Assembly (NCBI GenBank): GCA_934699095.1
Contig: CAKUVI010000002.1
Location: forward strand, 66,457-130,456
From: an uncultured Bacteroidales bacterium
Lineage (GTDB): Bacteria; Bacteroidota; Bacteroidia; Bacteroidales; WCHB1-69
Direction: 5' to 3'
Length of the DNA: 64,000 bases
Under the pieces are notes generated by a model, which was not told the origin of the DNA, searched no databases, and was given only the letters and a program-made list of their open reading frames with translations. How positions within the stretch are numbered: position 1 is the first letter of the stretch; the number at the start of each line of letters is the position of its first letter. The position numbers and the translations under genes are program-made. Positions 28,744 through 38,037 of this stretch are shown in pieces.

Positions 28744-30219
28744 ATGACAAACAGCTTTCGGGAAGGCAGGTCTTGGGTCGTTTGGCTCACGATTATAGCC
28801 CTGATATCCGTCGCATTGGGTATTTTTTTCTATTACACATTGTTCCGCCAGTCGGAAATGGATTTGGTTGAAGCCATACCAACAGACGCTGTCTTCGTCT
28901 TTGAAATCAATAAGAATGACGACTTTGCGGCTGATGCTGCTGCCTTTTCCGTGTATTTGAACGAAATATTCGTGATGGACGCTCTGCCCGCATTTGAGAC
29001 TATGTACTCAAAACTGCCTTCCCGGAATCATTGTTTTACAATATCTGCCCACGAACAGGACGACGGATTACAGCTCCTGTTCAATCTTCGGGCCGATAAG
29101 TCGGAATTCAAACACCTGCTCAGAACTTTCAAAATAGACCCTAAAAACTACACAAGTTTCGAGACTTATAAAGTCTATACTTACGGTACAAATTTCAAAA
29201 GCATGAAATTTGTGTATAACAATAATGTGTTGACAGTCTCTTCAGACCTTGAGCTCCTCAAACGGTCTCTTCTGCAACAGAAACACCCGAAGAAAATCCT
29301 TTCAGACAAAGGGTTCAGAAGTGTTTACGAGCTAACCGAAAAAAACCGCAAGCAGAATTGGCTTCTGATAAACCAAAAGTCTTATACTCAGTTCCTGAAA
29401 TCATTCTTCAACAATGAAATAGGAAAAAAGATGGGCGAAATGATGGGCGATTCCGAATGGTCTGCCTTTCAGCTCAGATTTTCAGACAAGTCGATATATC
29501 TTTCAGGCTACACATTGCTTGACAATTCGATGTATGAGTCAAACAAGCATGGCGATGGCTTTTCTCTCGCCTCAGTAATACCGTTTAAGACCATGTATTT
29601 CACACGCTATGACATTGTGGATCTCAAGAGTCTGAATTTGCTCTCCCATTCAAGGCTTCTCGAAAAAGACATCAGCGCCTTGAATTCAATTTCACCGCGT
29701 GAGATGTGCAATTTTGCCTTCAAGCAGGATACCAATACGGTGAGATTGTTGGCTGTGTTGTCGGACACTAATGTTTCTGTGTTGAATTTCTATTCTGGCA
29801 CGGAGGTCTCTGATTCGTTGGTCAAGTCTGTGACTGACAACATTTATCCGCTTCCGATGAACTATTCCGCGGCGTTGATGCCGATTTTCAACGATACCCT
29901 CAGGTGGTTTTATTATGCAGATGGTGCCTTCGTGTTTGCACCGTCGCGTGATGATATCCAGACTTACAGAAAGACTATGTCGCGCGGTGAATCAATTGCC
30001 GCAAACCCGGATTACAAGCTTGTGGCGGAGGCAGTTGCATCTTCATCAATCAAAGAATATAGTCTTATAAATGACAAAAATCCCCAATTTATCAACGAGT
30101 ATCTTTCCGACAAGGGTATGAAAAGCAAAGTAGTGCAGAATCTGCGTGCAGTGTCTTACAGTGTGGGCAAGCCTGCCGACAAGAAGTTCGTGCCTTTGAA
30201 TGTATATATCTCTTTCTAA
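28744..30219 (+). CDS. membrane-anchored hypothetical protein
   Basis: 491-aa ORF with one N-terminal TM helix (WVVWLTIIALISVALGIFFYYTLF), tightly packed after the previous gene. I recognise no motif. Confidence 0.5.
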   Translation: MTNSFREGRSWVVWLTIIALISVALGIFFYYTLFRQSEMDLVEAIPTDAVFVFEINKNDDFAADAAAFSVYLNEIFVMDALPAFETMYSKLPSRNHCFTISAHEQDDGLQLLFNLRADKSEFKHLLRTFKIDPKNYTSFETYKVYTYGTNFKSMKFVYNNNVLTVSSDLELLKRSLLQQKHPKKILSDKGFRSVYELTEKNRKQNWLLINQKSYTQFLKSFFNNEIGKKMGEMMGDSEWSAFQLRFSDKSIYLSGYTLLDNSMYESNKHGDGFSLASVIPFKTMYFTRYDIVDLKSLNLLSHSRLLEKDISALNSISPREMCNFAFKQDTNTVRLLAVLSDTNVSVLNFYSGTEVSDSLVKSVTDNIYPLPMNYSAALMPIFNDTLRWFYYADGAFVFAPSRDDIQTYRKTMSRGESIAANPDYKLVAEAVASSSIKEYSLINDKNPQFINEYLSDKGMKSKVVQNLRAVSYSVGKPADKKFVPLNVYISF

Positions 30220-30229
30220 ATGATTTTAT

Positions 30230-30868
30230 ATGAGGCGTAATTCCATTATACTGCTGCTCACATTTCTCTTCCTCTTTGCTGTTGGCTATTCACAGGAGGA
30301 AAAGGAGGGATTTCGTGGTGGTGTAAGGATAGGGTTGAACGCTTCTCAGATTTCGGGTGACGATCTGGTCGGGTTCAACAAAATGGGAGCTTCCGCAGGC
30401 GTGTTTGTGAATCATTCGATTATTTCTTCGGGAAAACTGAAACTGCAGTTGGAACTTAACTTTTCTATGAAAGGAAGCCATTCCAAGGCGTCTGCCTCAA
30501 GAGAAACCAATAATTTCTATGTCCTCAACCTGGGATATGTTGAGATGCCTCTCCTTTTGAGGACTGACGGATGGAGATTTTGGGTATTCCCATTCGAGTT
30601 TATGTTCGAGATGGGACCGGTGTTCGGTGTCAATGTATATCAGAGAGAACGGGAGGCCAACGGCCAGATTGTAGGCAGGCCGCAGTTCAGAAGATTCGAG
30701 TTTTCAGCTATGACCGGTGTATCGTTTGTGATAGCAAAAAAACATAGTATTGGGTTGCGCTACAGCAATTCCATAGTTCCGGTCCGTGTTCCGAACTGGG
30801 TGTATGACAGGGTTGTCATGAAACAGTTCAACTCTGTGTTGACGATAGGTTATGCCTATGAGTTTTAA
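30230..30868 (+). CDS. small outer-membrane beta-barrel protein (PorT/OprF-N-like)
   Basis: Signal peptide, alternating beta-strand pattern, C-terminal YAYEF. Confidence 0.6.
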   Translation: MRRNSIILLLTFLFLFAVGYSQEEKEGFRGGVRIGLNASQISGDDLVGFNKMGASAGVFVNHSIISSGKLKLQLELNFSMKGSHSKASASRETNNFYVLNLGYVEMPLLLRTDGWRFWVFPFEFMFEMGPVFGVNVYQREREANGQIVGRPQFRRFEFSAMTGVSFVIAKKHSIGLRYSNSIVPVRVPNWVYDRVVMKQFNSVLTIGYAYEF

Positions 30869-30899
30869 TTTTGAAAATAATTTTGAATAATATATAACA

Positions 30900-31841
30900 A
30901 TGACAAGAAAAGTAAAATGCTTGATAATAGGTTCTGGTCCTGCCGGTTATATGGCAGGCGTATATACTTCCCGTGCTGACTTGAGCCCTCTTTTGATAGA
31001 AGGGATGCAGCAGGGCGGACAGCTCACCATCACCAACGAAGTTGAGAACTTTCCCGGTTTTCCGGGAGGCGCCGGCGGACAGGTTATCATGGACAAGTTG
31101 CGTGAGCAGGCACTTCATCTCGGCGTCGAGATGCTTCCGCGCACGGTTGAGAAAGTTGATTTCAGCTCACGTCCGTTCCATTGTGTCTTAGACGACGGGA
31201 TGGATATTGAGGCGGAATCAGTGATAGTGGCGACAGGTGCGAGCGCCCGTTGGCTGCATCTGCCAGGTGAGGATGAATACCGTGGCTTCGGGGTCTCCAC
31301 ATGCGCCACATGTGACGGCAACTTTTTCAGAAACAGGACAACAGTTGTGATAGGCGGTGGCGACACTGCCCTCGAGGACGCCCTCTATCTGTCGAACTTG
31401 TGCACCAAGGTCTATATCGTGCACCGTCGCGACAAATTCCGCGGCACCATGGCCCTCCAAAACCTCGTGAAGAAAACCCCTAACATAGATATTCTCTGGA
31501 ACAACGTCCCGCTTGAGATCGTTGGCGAAAAACAGGGCTTCATGAAAAAGGTGACTGGTCTCAGGATTCAGAACACACAAACTGCGGAAGAGCAGACTGT
31601 TGCGGTTGACGGTGTGTTTGAAGCAATTGGCGTGGTGCCTGCCACGGAGCTCTTCGCCGGCCAGCTTGACATGAATGAACAGGGCTATATCATAACCCGC
31701 CCCGACAGTACCGCCACGAATGTTGAAGGTGTTTTCGCTGCCGGCGACGTGCAGGATCCTGTGTTCCGCCAAGCGGTGATAGCCGCTGGTACCGGAAGCA
31801 TGGCCGGAATTGAATGCGCCCGCTTCCTGCTTGAAAATTAA
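30900..31841 (+). CDS. trxB: thioredoxin-disulfide reductase
   Basis: GSGPAG FAD motif, redox centre CATCDG, GGGDTA NADPH motif, 313 aa. Confidence 0.93.
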   Translation: MTRKVKCLIIGSGPAGYMAGVYTSRADLSPLLIEGMQQGGQLTITNEVENFPGFPGGAGGQVIMDKLREQALHLGVEMLPRTVEKVDFSSRPFHCVLDDGMDIEAESVIVATGASARWLHLPGEDEYRGFGVSTCATCDGNFFRNRTTVVIGGGDTALEDALYLSNLCTKVYIVHRRDKFRGTMALQNLVKKTPNIDILWNNVPLEIVGEKQGFMKKVTGLRIQNTQTAEEQTVAVDGVFEAIGVVPATELFAGQLDMNEQGYIITRPDSTATNVEGVFAAGDVQDPVFRQAVIAAGTGSMAGIECARFLLEN

Positions 31842-31864
31842 TCGGTTTTTGTAAATTTGAAGGG

Positions 31865-33325
31865 ATGAAAGAAACAGAAGAACAAAACAATCAGGAATTA
31901 TTAAAGAACATAACTGACAAAGAATACGAATACGGATTTGTCTCTGATATAGATATCGAAGACTTTCCGAAAGGACTTAACGAAGATATAATCAGAAGAA
32001 TTTCCGCAAGGAAGGAAGAACCCGAGTGGCTTTTGGAATTTCGCCTGAAAGCATACAGATATTGGCTTACTTTGGAAGAGCCGGATTGGGGACATTTGGA
32101 GTTTGAAAAACCCAATTATCAGGATATTAGATATTTGGCTATTCCCAAAAAGAAAAAACAGCTCTCTTCTTTAGACGAAGTAGATCCAGAACTGCTCGAC
32201 ACTTTCAACAAATTGGGTATTTCATTGGAAGAGCAGAAGGTCTTGTCTGGGGTGGCTGTTGACGCCGTCATGGATTCTGTGTCGGTGAAGACTACATTCA
32301 GCGACACATTGAAGCAGCATGGAATCATTTTCTGTTCATTCGGGGAGGCGGTCAAAAACTATCCTGAGCTTGTCAGACAATATCTTGGCACGGTTGTGCC
32401 ATATACCGACAACTTCTTCGCGGCCCTCAACTCAGCTGTCTTCAGTGAAGGTTCGTTCTGCTATATCCCCAAGGGAGTGCGCTGTCCGATTGAGTTGTCC
32501 ACATATTTCAGAATCAATGCTGCCAACACAGGCCAGTTTGAGCGTACCTTGCTCATTGCCGATGAGGGAGCGTATGTGAGTTACATGGAAGGCTGTACAG
32601 CTCCGCAGCGCGACGAGAACCAGCTTCACGCCGCTGTAGTAGAGCTTATTGCAGTCAAAGATGCAGAGATCAAGTATTCCACTGTCCAGAACTGGTATCC
32701 TGGCGACAAAAACGGCAAGGGCGGCATCTACAATCTCGTTACCAAGCGCGGCCTTTGCAAGGGTGCCAACTCCAAAATATCATGGACTCAGGTTGAGACA
32801 GGTTCCGCTATAACCTGGAAATATCCTGGTTGTATCCTTCAAGGTGATAACTCTGTTGGCGAGTTCTACTCCGTGGCTGTGACTAACAATTTCCAACAGG
32901 CCGACACCGGGACAAAAATGATTCATCTTGGTCGTAATACCCGCAGTTTGATTGTTTCTAAGGGTATTTCAGCAGGACACAGCCAAAACAGCTATCGCGG
33001 TCTTGTGCGTGTTGCTAAGAATGCTGAGAACGCCCGCAATTTTTCTCAGTGCGACTCACTTCTCATGGGCGACAAATGCGGAGCGCATACATGGCCCGAT
33101 TTGCAATGCGATAACTCATCTTCAGTGTTGGAACATGAAGCTACAACATCCAAAATATCTGACGATCAGTTGTTCTATTGTCAGCAACGCGGTATCGACC
33201 AGGAGAATGCTGTTAGTCTCATTGTGAACGGTTATGCTAAAGAAGTTTTGAGCAAATTGCCTATGGAATTCGCCGTTGAAGCTCAAAAATTGTTGTCTAT
33301 TACACTCTCCGGCTCTGTTGGGTAA
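31865..33325 (+). CDS. sufB: Fe-S cluster assembly protein SufB
   Basis: 486 aa with typical SufB blocks ([56 protein letters not shown]). Confidence 0.92.
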   Translation: MKETEEQNNQELLKNITDKEYEYGFVSDIDIEDFPKGLNEDIIRRISARKEEPEWLLEFRLKAYRYWLTLEEPDWGHLEFEKPNYQDIRYLAIPKKKKQLSSLDEVDPELLDTFNKLGISLEEQKVLSGVAVDAVMDSVSVKTTFSDTLKQHGIIFCSFGEAVKNYPELVRQYLGTVVPYTDNFFAALNSAVFSEGSFCYIPKGVRCPIELSTYFRINAANTGQFERTLLIADEGAYVSYMEGCTAPQRDENQLHAAVVELIAVKDAEIKYSTVQNWYPGDKNGKGGIYNLVTKRGLCKGANSKISWTQVETGSAITWKYPGCILQGDNSVGEFYSVAVTNNFQQADTGTKMIHLGRNTRSLIVSKGISAGHSQNSYRGLVRVAKNAENARNFSQCDSLLMGDKCGAHTWPDLQCDNSSSVLEHEATTSKISDDQLFYCQQRGIDQENAVSLIVNGYAKEVLSKLPMEFAVEAQKLLSITLSGSVG

Positions 33326-33726
33326 TGGAAACACAGTGGTATTCGGCAAAAGTGATTCATGGGTTCAGGAACGGAAGCAAGTTCGGTTTCCCGACTGCAA
33401 ATCTTGAGTTCAAGACTCCACCCTGTCTTCAGAATGGATCATATAAAACTGTTGTGGATGTTGATGGAAAACTCTACAAGGGGATGCTTTATGCCGGAAC
33501 TCGCCCTACATTGAACCTGACTGAAACTACCTTTGAAGTACATATTCTAAATTTCTCGGGTTGTCTGTATGGGAAGACAGTATGGATATGTTTTCTTGGA
33601 TTTCTTCGTGAAGAAATAAGATTCAAAGATGTTGAATCCTTGGTTGTACAACTTGAATCAGATAGACGCAGAACTGACAATGAGATTGATTTGGATGTTT
33701 TCTCATCACAGAATATTTATGATTAA
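33325..33726 (+). CDS. monofunctional riboflavin kinase domain protein
   Basis: GFRNGSKFGFPTANL, GTRPT and EVHILNF..LYG motifs of the RibF C-terminal kinase domain, with no FAD synthetase domain. The start overlaps the sufB stop (TAATG). Confidence 0.7.
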   Translation: METQWYSAKVIHGFRNGSKFGFPTANLEFKTPPCLQNGSYKTVVDVDGKLYKGMLYAGTRPTLNLTETTFEVHILNFSGCLYGKTVWICFLGFLREEIRFKDVESLVVQLESDRRRTDNEIDLDVFSSQNIYD

Positions 33727-34351
33727 GTCGCGGTTTGTTGTTTTTATGCTGTTTGTTCTTTTTGTCGGTGGGCTCTCTGCACAGCGGCACGATCCGGTGT
33801 TGTATTCCAAAGATGATGACGGCAGGGTGTTTACTTCACTTGAGGAGGCACTTAATTCAACGACACCTGTTTATAGGCTTAAACTTACAAAGTTGGTGAA
33901 CCGTGATTCCCTTCCTGAGGATATCTTCAGGCTTTCCGAGCTCAGGGAACTGACTGTAAAAGGATGCAGATTGTGCGTGTTGAATCAGAATATTTCCAAA
34001 TTCACTCACTTGAAATATCTGAATCTGGATAAAAACAAGCTTCTTAGACTTCCTAATTCACTCTGTGAACTTAAGGATTTGACAGTTTTGGTCGTTTCAA
34101 GAAATATTCTCGAAGCTCTTCCTGACAGCATCGGAAACATGTGTTCGTTGCAGATGATAGATGCGTGGGATAACCCTCTTTATTTTCTGCCAGAATCTAT
34201 ATCAAAACTTCAAAATACATTGAATGTCATTGATTTACGGCAAATTCCAATTGCAAAATTTGAACTTGATGCGATGGAAAAGTTGTTGCCTAACACCAAG
34301 ATTCTTTATACTGATATTTGCGAATGCGAAAATCGTCGCGAACATAACTAA
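33719..34351 (+). CDS. secreted leucine-rich-repeat protein
   Basis: Signal peptide MIKSRFVVFMLFVLFVGGLSAQ and LRR units (LxxLxLxxNxL: LKYLNLDKNKLLRLP, LTVLVVSRNILEALP). The start overlaps the upstream stop by 8 nt. Confidence 0.7.
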   Translation: MIKSRFVVFMLFVLFVGGLSAQRHDPVLYSKDDDGRVFTSLEEALNSTTPVYRLKLTKLVNRDSLPEDIFRLSELRELTVKGCRLCVLNQNISKFTHLKYLNLDKNKLLRLPNSLCELKDLTVLVVSRNILEALPDSIGNMCSLQMIDAWDNPLYFLPESISKLQNTLNVIDLRQIPIAKFELDAMEKLLPNTKILYTDICECENRREHN

Positions 34352-34427
34352 TTTACTTTTGTTTTTTTTATTTAAAGTAAATCACTCGGATTTGAATTTT
34401 TTTCGTAATCCGTGTGTTTTTTTTATA

Positions 34428-34435
34428 TACTTTTG
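34428..34435 (+). promoter_or_regulatory. Bacteroidota -7 promoter box (TACTTTTG)
   Basis: Consensus match about 30 nt upstream of the 34466 CDS. Confidence 0.4.
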
Positions 34436-34465
34436 CGTCTTGTTTGATAATTAAAATTTTCTGTT

Positions 34466-35884
34466 ATGAAAACCAAGTACATCGATTTGATTTCGCAGAC
34501 ATACGAATTTCCGCAGGAGGAGTTTAGGGTTGAAGACAACGAACTTTACTTCAATGATGTTCCTCTCATGGATATCATTAAACAATATGGAACGCCTTTG
34601 AAAATCACATATTTGCCTAAAATCTCTTCCAATATTCAGAAGGCAAAAAGGTGGTTTAATGTTGCTATTGCGAAAAGCGATTACAAAGGCAGTTATCACT
34701 ATTGCTACTGTACAAAAAGCTCTCATTTTGAGTTCGTGATGTCGGAAGTGCTTAAGAATGATGTGCATATAGAGACATCTTCCGCTTTCGATATCAATTT
34801 GATTGAGACCCTCTATGAGAATGGTTTGTTCCAGAAAGACAACTATATCATCTGCAATGGTTTTAAAAAACAGGGTTACATTGACAACATCGCCGACATA
34901 CTTGAAAAGGGATATAAAAACACAATTCCAGTTCTTGACAGCAAGAAAGAGTTCGATATGTTGGAGAAAAACATCACAACTCCATGTCAGGTTGGTATCA
35001 GGATTGCCTCAGAAGAGGAGCCCCGATTCGAATTCTACACTTCAAGACTTGGAATCAGATATAATGATGTCATTCCTTTCTACAAGGAAAAAATCAAGAA
35101 CAACTCCAAGTTTAAATTGAAGATGTTGCATTTTTTCATTAATACAGGTATTCATGACACCGCGTATTATTGGAATGAACTCACGAAGTGCGTCAACCTG
35201 TACTGTGATTTGAAGAAGATTTCGCCCGAGTTGGATTCGTTGAACATTGGTGGTGGTTTCCCTATCAAAAACTCGTTGTCGTTCGACTACGATTATGAGT
35301 ATATGGCCGAGGAGATTGTCTCGCAGATCAAGCAGATATGTCAGCGCGAAGGCGTTCAAGAGCCGGACATTTTCACGGAGTTCGGATCGTTCACAGTGGG
35401 AGAGGCGAGTGCGGTGCTCTTTTCCGTTCTTCAGCAGAAACGCCAGAATGACAGAGAGTTGTGGAATATGATCGACAGCTCGTTCATGACAACACTTCCG
35501 GATTCGTGGGCTATAAACCAGCAGTTCATCATACTTGCCGTCAACAATTGGGACAAGGAGTACGAGCGTGTTTTCTTGGGCGGCCTTACCTGCGACAGTC
35601 AGGACTATTACAATTCGGAAGCGCACCTTAACGCTGTGTTCCTTCCGCATATTGACTCAGAAAATTACCCCAAATCCACCAATTCCGAGGATCTGCAATA
35701 TATTGGCTTGTTCAATACTGGTGCATATCAGGAGGCGCTCGGCGGCTATGGCGGAATACAACATTGCATGACTCCTGCTCCGAAACATATCATAATCTAT
35801 CGTGACGAGGATGGTGAGTTGTGCACCAAATTGTTCGCTAAAGAGCAGAGTTACAAGTCGATGCTAAAAATTTTGGGCTATTAG
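34466..35884 (+). CDS. type III PLP-dependent decarboxylase (short arginine decarboxylase-like)
   Basis: Orn/DAP/Arg decarboxylase fold (YCTKS lysine region, GGGFP, CDSQD), 472 aa. Confidence 0.65.
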   Translation: MKTKYIDLISQTYEFPQEEFRVEDNELYFNDVPLMDIIKQYGTPLKITYLPKISSNIQKAKRWFNVAIAKSDYKGSYHYCYCTKSSHFEFVMSEVLKNDVHIETSSAFDINLIETLYENGLFQKDNYIICNGFKKQGYIDNIADILEKGYKNTIPVLDSKKEFDMLEKNITTPCQVGIRIASEEEPRFEFYTSRLGIRYNDVIPFYKEKIKNNSKFKLKMLHFFINTGIHDTAYYWNELTKCVNLYCDLKKISPELDSLNIGGGFPIKNSLSFDYDYEYMAEEIVSQIKQICQREGVQEPDIFTEFGSFTVGEASAVLFSVLQQKRQNDRELWNMIDSSFMTTLPDSWAINQQFIILAVNNWDKEYERVFLGGLTCDSQDYYNSEAHLNAVFLPHIDSENYPKSTNSEDLQYIGLFNTGAYQEALGGYGGIQHCMTPAPKHIIIYRDEDGELCTKLFAKEQSYKSMLKILGY

Positions 35885-35905
35885 CGCAAACATAAAAAAA
35901 AAGTG

Positions 35906-35913
35906 TATTTTTG
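35906..35913 (+). promoter_or_regulatory. Bacteroidota -7 promoter box (TATTTTTG) for SRP RNA
   Basis: Ends 4-6 nt before the predicted 5' end of the RNA. Identical GTGTATTTTTGCAGC context to the rpsL promoter. Confidence 0.5.
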
Positions 35914-35917
35914 CAGC

Positions 35918-36015
35918 GGGTAAGTCTTATACGATCTGCTCCCTTATAACTCCCCCAGGACAGGAATGTAGCAAGGGTACTAAGGTTGTAGCGATGCGAT
36001 ATAAGTCGCTTACCC
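35918..36015 (+). ncRNA. ffs: signal recognition particle RNA (4.5S type)
   Basis: 5' GGGTAAG pairs with 3' CTTACCC. The apical domain IV motif CCAGGACAGGAATGTAGCAAGG has a GGAA tetraloop and an AGCA 3' side. A T-run follows. About 98 nt. Confidence 0.8.
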
Positions 36016-36030
36016 TTCTTTTTTTATAGT

Positions 36031-36648
36031 ATGTTATTGAAAATTTACCCAGAGAACCCCAACCCCAAAGCCATAAACACTGTCGTTGAATGTCTGAACG
36101 ACGGTGGTGTTGTGATTTATCCCACCGACACAATCTACGGCATAGGATGTGATATCTTCAGACAGAAGAGCATCGAGAGAATCCTGTCTATAGTGGGCAA
36201 GAAAGACAAAAAGAACGCGTTGACGTTCATCTGTCATGATTTAAGCAACCTTTCCGACTACACAAAACCGATAAACAACAGCGTTTTCAAGGTGATGAAG
36301 CGGGTTCTTCCCGGTCCTTATACTTTCATTCTTGAAGCCAACAACAGCGTGCCGAAACTGCTTCAAAGCAACAAGAAGACAATTGGCGTGCGTGTTCCCG
36401 ACAACAACATCATACGGGAAGTGGTACTTCAGCTCGGGCATCCAATCCTATCTACATCTGTGAAAGACGACGACGAAATCGTGGAATACACCACTGATCC
36501 GGAACTTATATACGAGCGTTACGGCGACATGGTTGACATAGTGATAGATGGTGGCTTTGGTGACAATGTGCCATCAACCATTTTGGACTGTACGGGCGGT
36601 GACATAGAAGTTGTGCGCGAGGGCAAGGGCGATATTACAATATTGTGA
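36031..36648 (+). CDS. tsaC: L-threonylcarbamoyladenylate synthase (YrdC/TsaC family)
   Basis: 205 aa with YPTDTIYGIGCD and PGPYTFIL motifs. Confidence 0.85.
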   Translation: MLLKIYPENPNPKAINTVVECLNDGGVVIYPTDTIYGIGCDIFRQKSIERILSIVGKKDKKNALTFICHDLSNLSDYTKPINNSVFKVMKRVLPGPYTFILEANNSVPKLLQSNKKTIGVRVPDNNIIREVVLQLGHPILSTSVKDDDEIVEYTTDPELIYERYGDMVDIVIDGGFGDNVPSTILDCTGGDIEVVREGKGDITIL

Positions 36649-36654
36649 CCGTTT

Positions 36655-38028
36655 ATGAATACAGAAACGATTTGTGCTATAGCCACACCGCCCGGTATGG
36701 GAGCCACTGCAATGGTGAGAGTCTCCGGCACCGATGCTTTCACTAATGCTTCAAAATTGTTCCGTGCCCCTGAGTTGCTTCTCGAACTTCCCGCTAACAT
36801 TGCCAAATTCGCGTCCATCTACGATAATGCCGTAGAACATGCTTCTTTGGTAGATCAGGTTGTAGTTACAAAATTCGTGTCGCCTCACTCGTTCACGGGA
36901 GAAGATGTGGTTGAAATCAGTTGCCATGGCTCTGTGTTTATCCAGCGAAAAATAATAGAACTGCTGATCCAAAACGGCTGCAGGATGGCCGGTCCGGGTG
37001 AGTTCACCCAGCGTGCCTTTCTCAACGGCAAACTCGACTTGCCGCAGGCGGAGGCTGTGTCCGACCTCATCGCCGCCCAATCCGAATCCGCCCATGCCAT
37101 AGCTGTGAATCAGCTATCAGGCACTCTCTCTAGCAAACTGAAAACCCTTCGCGAACAACTCCTTAATATTTCGTCTCTCCTCGAACTGGAACTCGATTTC
37201 AGTGAGGAAGATGTGGAATTTGCTGACAGGAGCCAGCTTCTTGCCATATTAGACGATGTCGAGAACGAAGTATCCCGCCTCCTGAAGGGTTATAAGTATG
37301 GAAATATGCTTAAACATGGTGTACCTGTTGCAATTGTAGGTGAGCCAAATGTCGGGAAATCAACTCTGATGAACGCCATACTAAAGCGAGAACGCGCCAT
37401 AGTGTCGGATATCCCCGGCACCACCCGCGACACTGTTGAGGATTATTTCAACATAAAAGGCATCTTGTTCAGATTTATCGATACAGCCGGAATACGCGAA
37501 TCCTCCGACACTGTAGAGAATCTTGGCATTGAACGCACATTCAATACTATTAACGAAGCGAATGTGGTCGTATTCGTCTTCGATTCTTCGTCCGCGCATA
37601 ATGATATTTTAAATCAGTTTGATCTTGTGAAAAAGTCGTCAGAAATGGATGACAAAACCATAATTTTGGTGGCCAACAAATCCGACAAATCCTCTGATAC
37701 GTCTATTCCAATGAGAGATGCCATTTCTGTTTCGGCGAAGTACGGCCTAAATATCGATGCACTTGTAGAAAAAATCTATTCAAGTGTGGTTGACGGCGGA
37801 TTGCTTGCTGATGCGGCCTTGCTAACCAACGAACGCCATTATTCACACCTGAACAGCATAATGCTTTCCGTAAATAGTGTCAAAAACGGCCTGAAGGATA
37901 ACACACCTGCTGATATCATAGCAGAAGATGTGAGAGTTATGCTTCATGATTTGGGAGAAATCACAGGGACCATTTCGTCAGAAGACATTCTCAACAACAT
38001 CTTCGGTAAGTTCTGCATCGGTAAGTGA
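36655..38028 (+). CDS. mnmE: tRNA modification GTPase MnmE
   Basis: ETICAIATPPG N-terminus, G domain GEPNVGKST and DTAGIR, C-terminal FCIGK. Confidence 0.93.
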   Translation: MNTETICAIATPPGMGATAMVRVSGTDAFTNASKLFRAPELLLELPANIAKFASIYDNAVEHASLVDQVVVTKFVSPHSFTGEDVVEISCHGSVFIQRKIIELLIQNGCRMAGPGEFTQRAFLNGKLDLPQAEAVSDLIAAQSESAHAIAVNQLSGTLSSKLKTLREQLLNISSLLELELDFSEEDVEFADRSQLLAILDDVENEVSRLLKGYKYGNMLKHGVPVAIVGEPNVGKSTLMNAILKRERAIVSDIPGTTRDTVEDYFNIKGILFRFIDTAGIRESSDTVENLGIERTFNTINEANVVVFVFDSSSAHNDILNQFDLVKKSSEMDDKTIILVANKSDKSSDTSIPMRDAISVSAKYGLNIDALVEKIYSSVVDGGLLADAALLTNERHYSHLNSIMLSVNSVKNGLKDNTPADIIAEDVRVMLHDLGEITGTISSEDILNNIFGKFCIGK

Positions 38029-38037
38029 ACTGACTGC

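Noticed and set aside
35927-36133. 68-aa minus-strand ORF.
   Set aside because: It overlaps the SRP RNA gene and the start of tsaC. The region is better explained by ffs with its own promoter and T-run.
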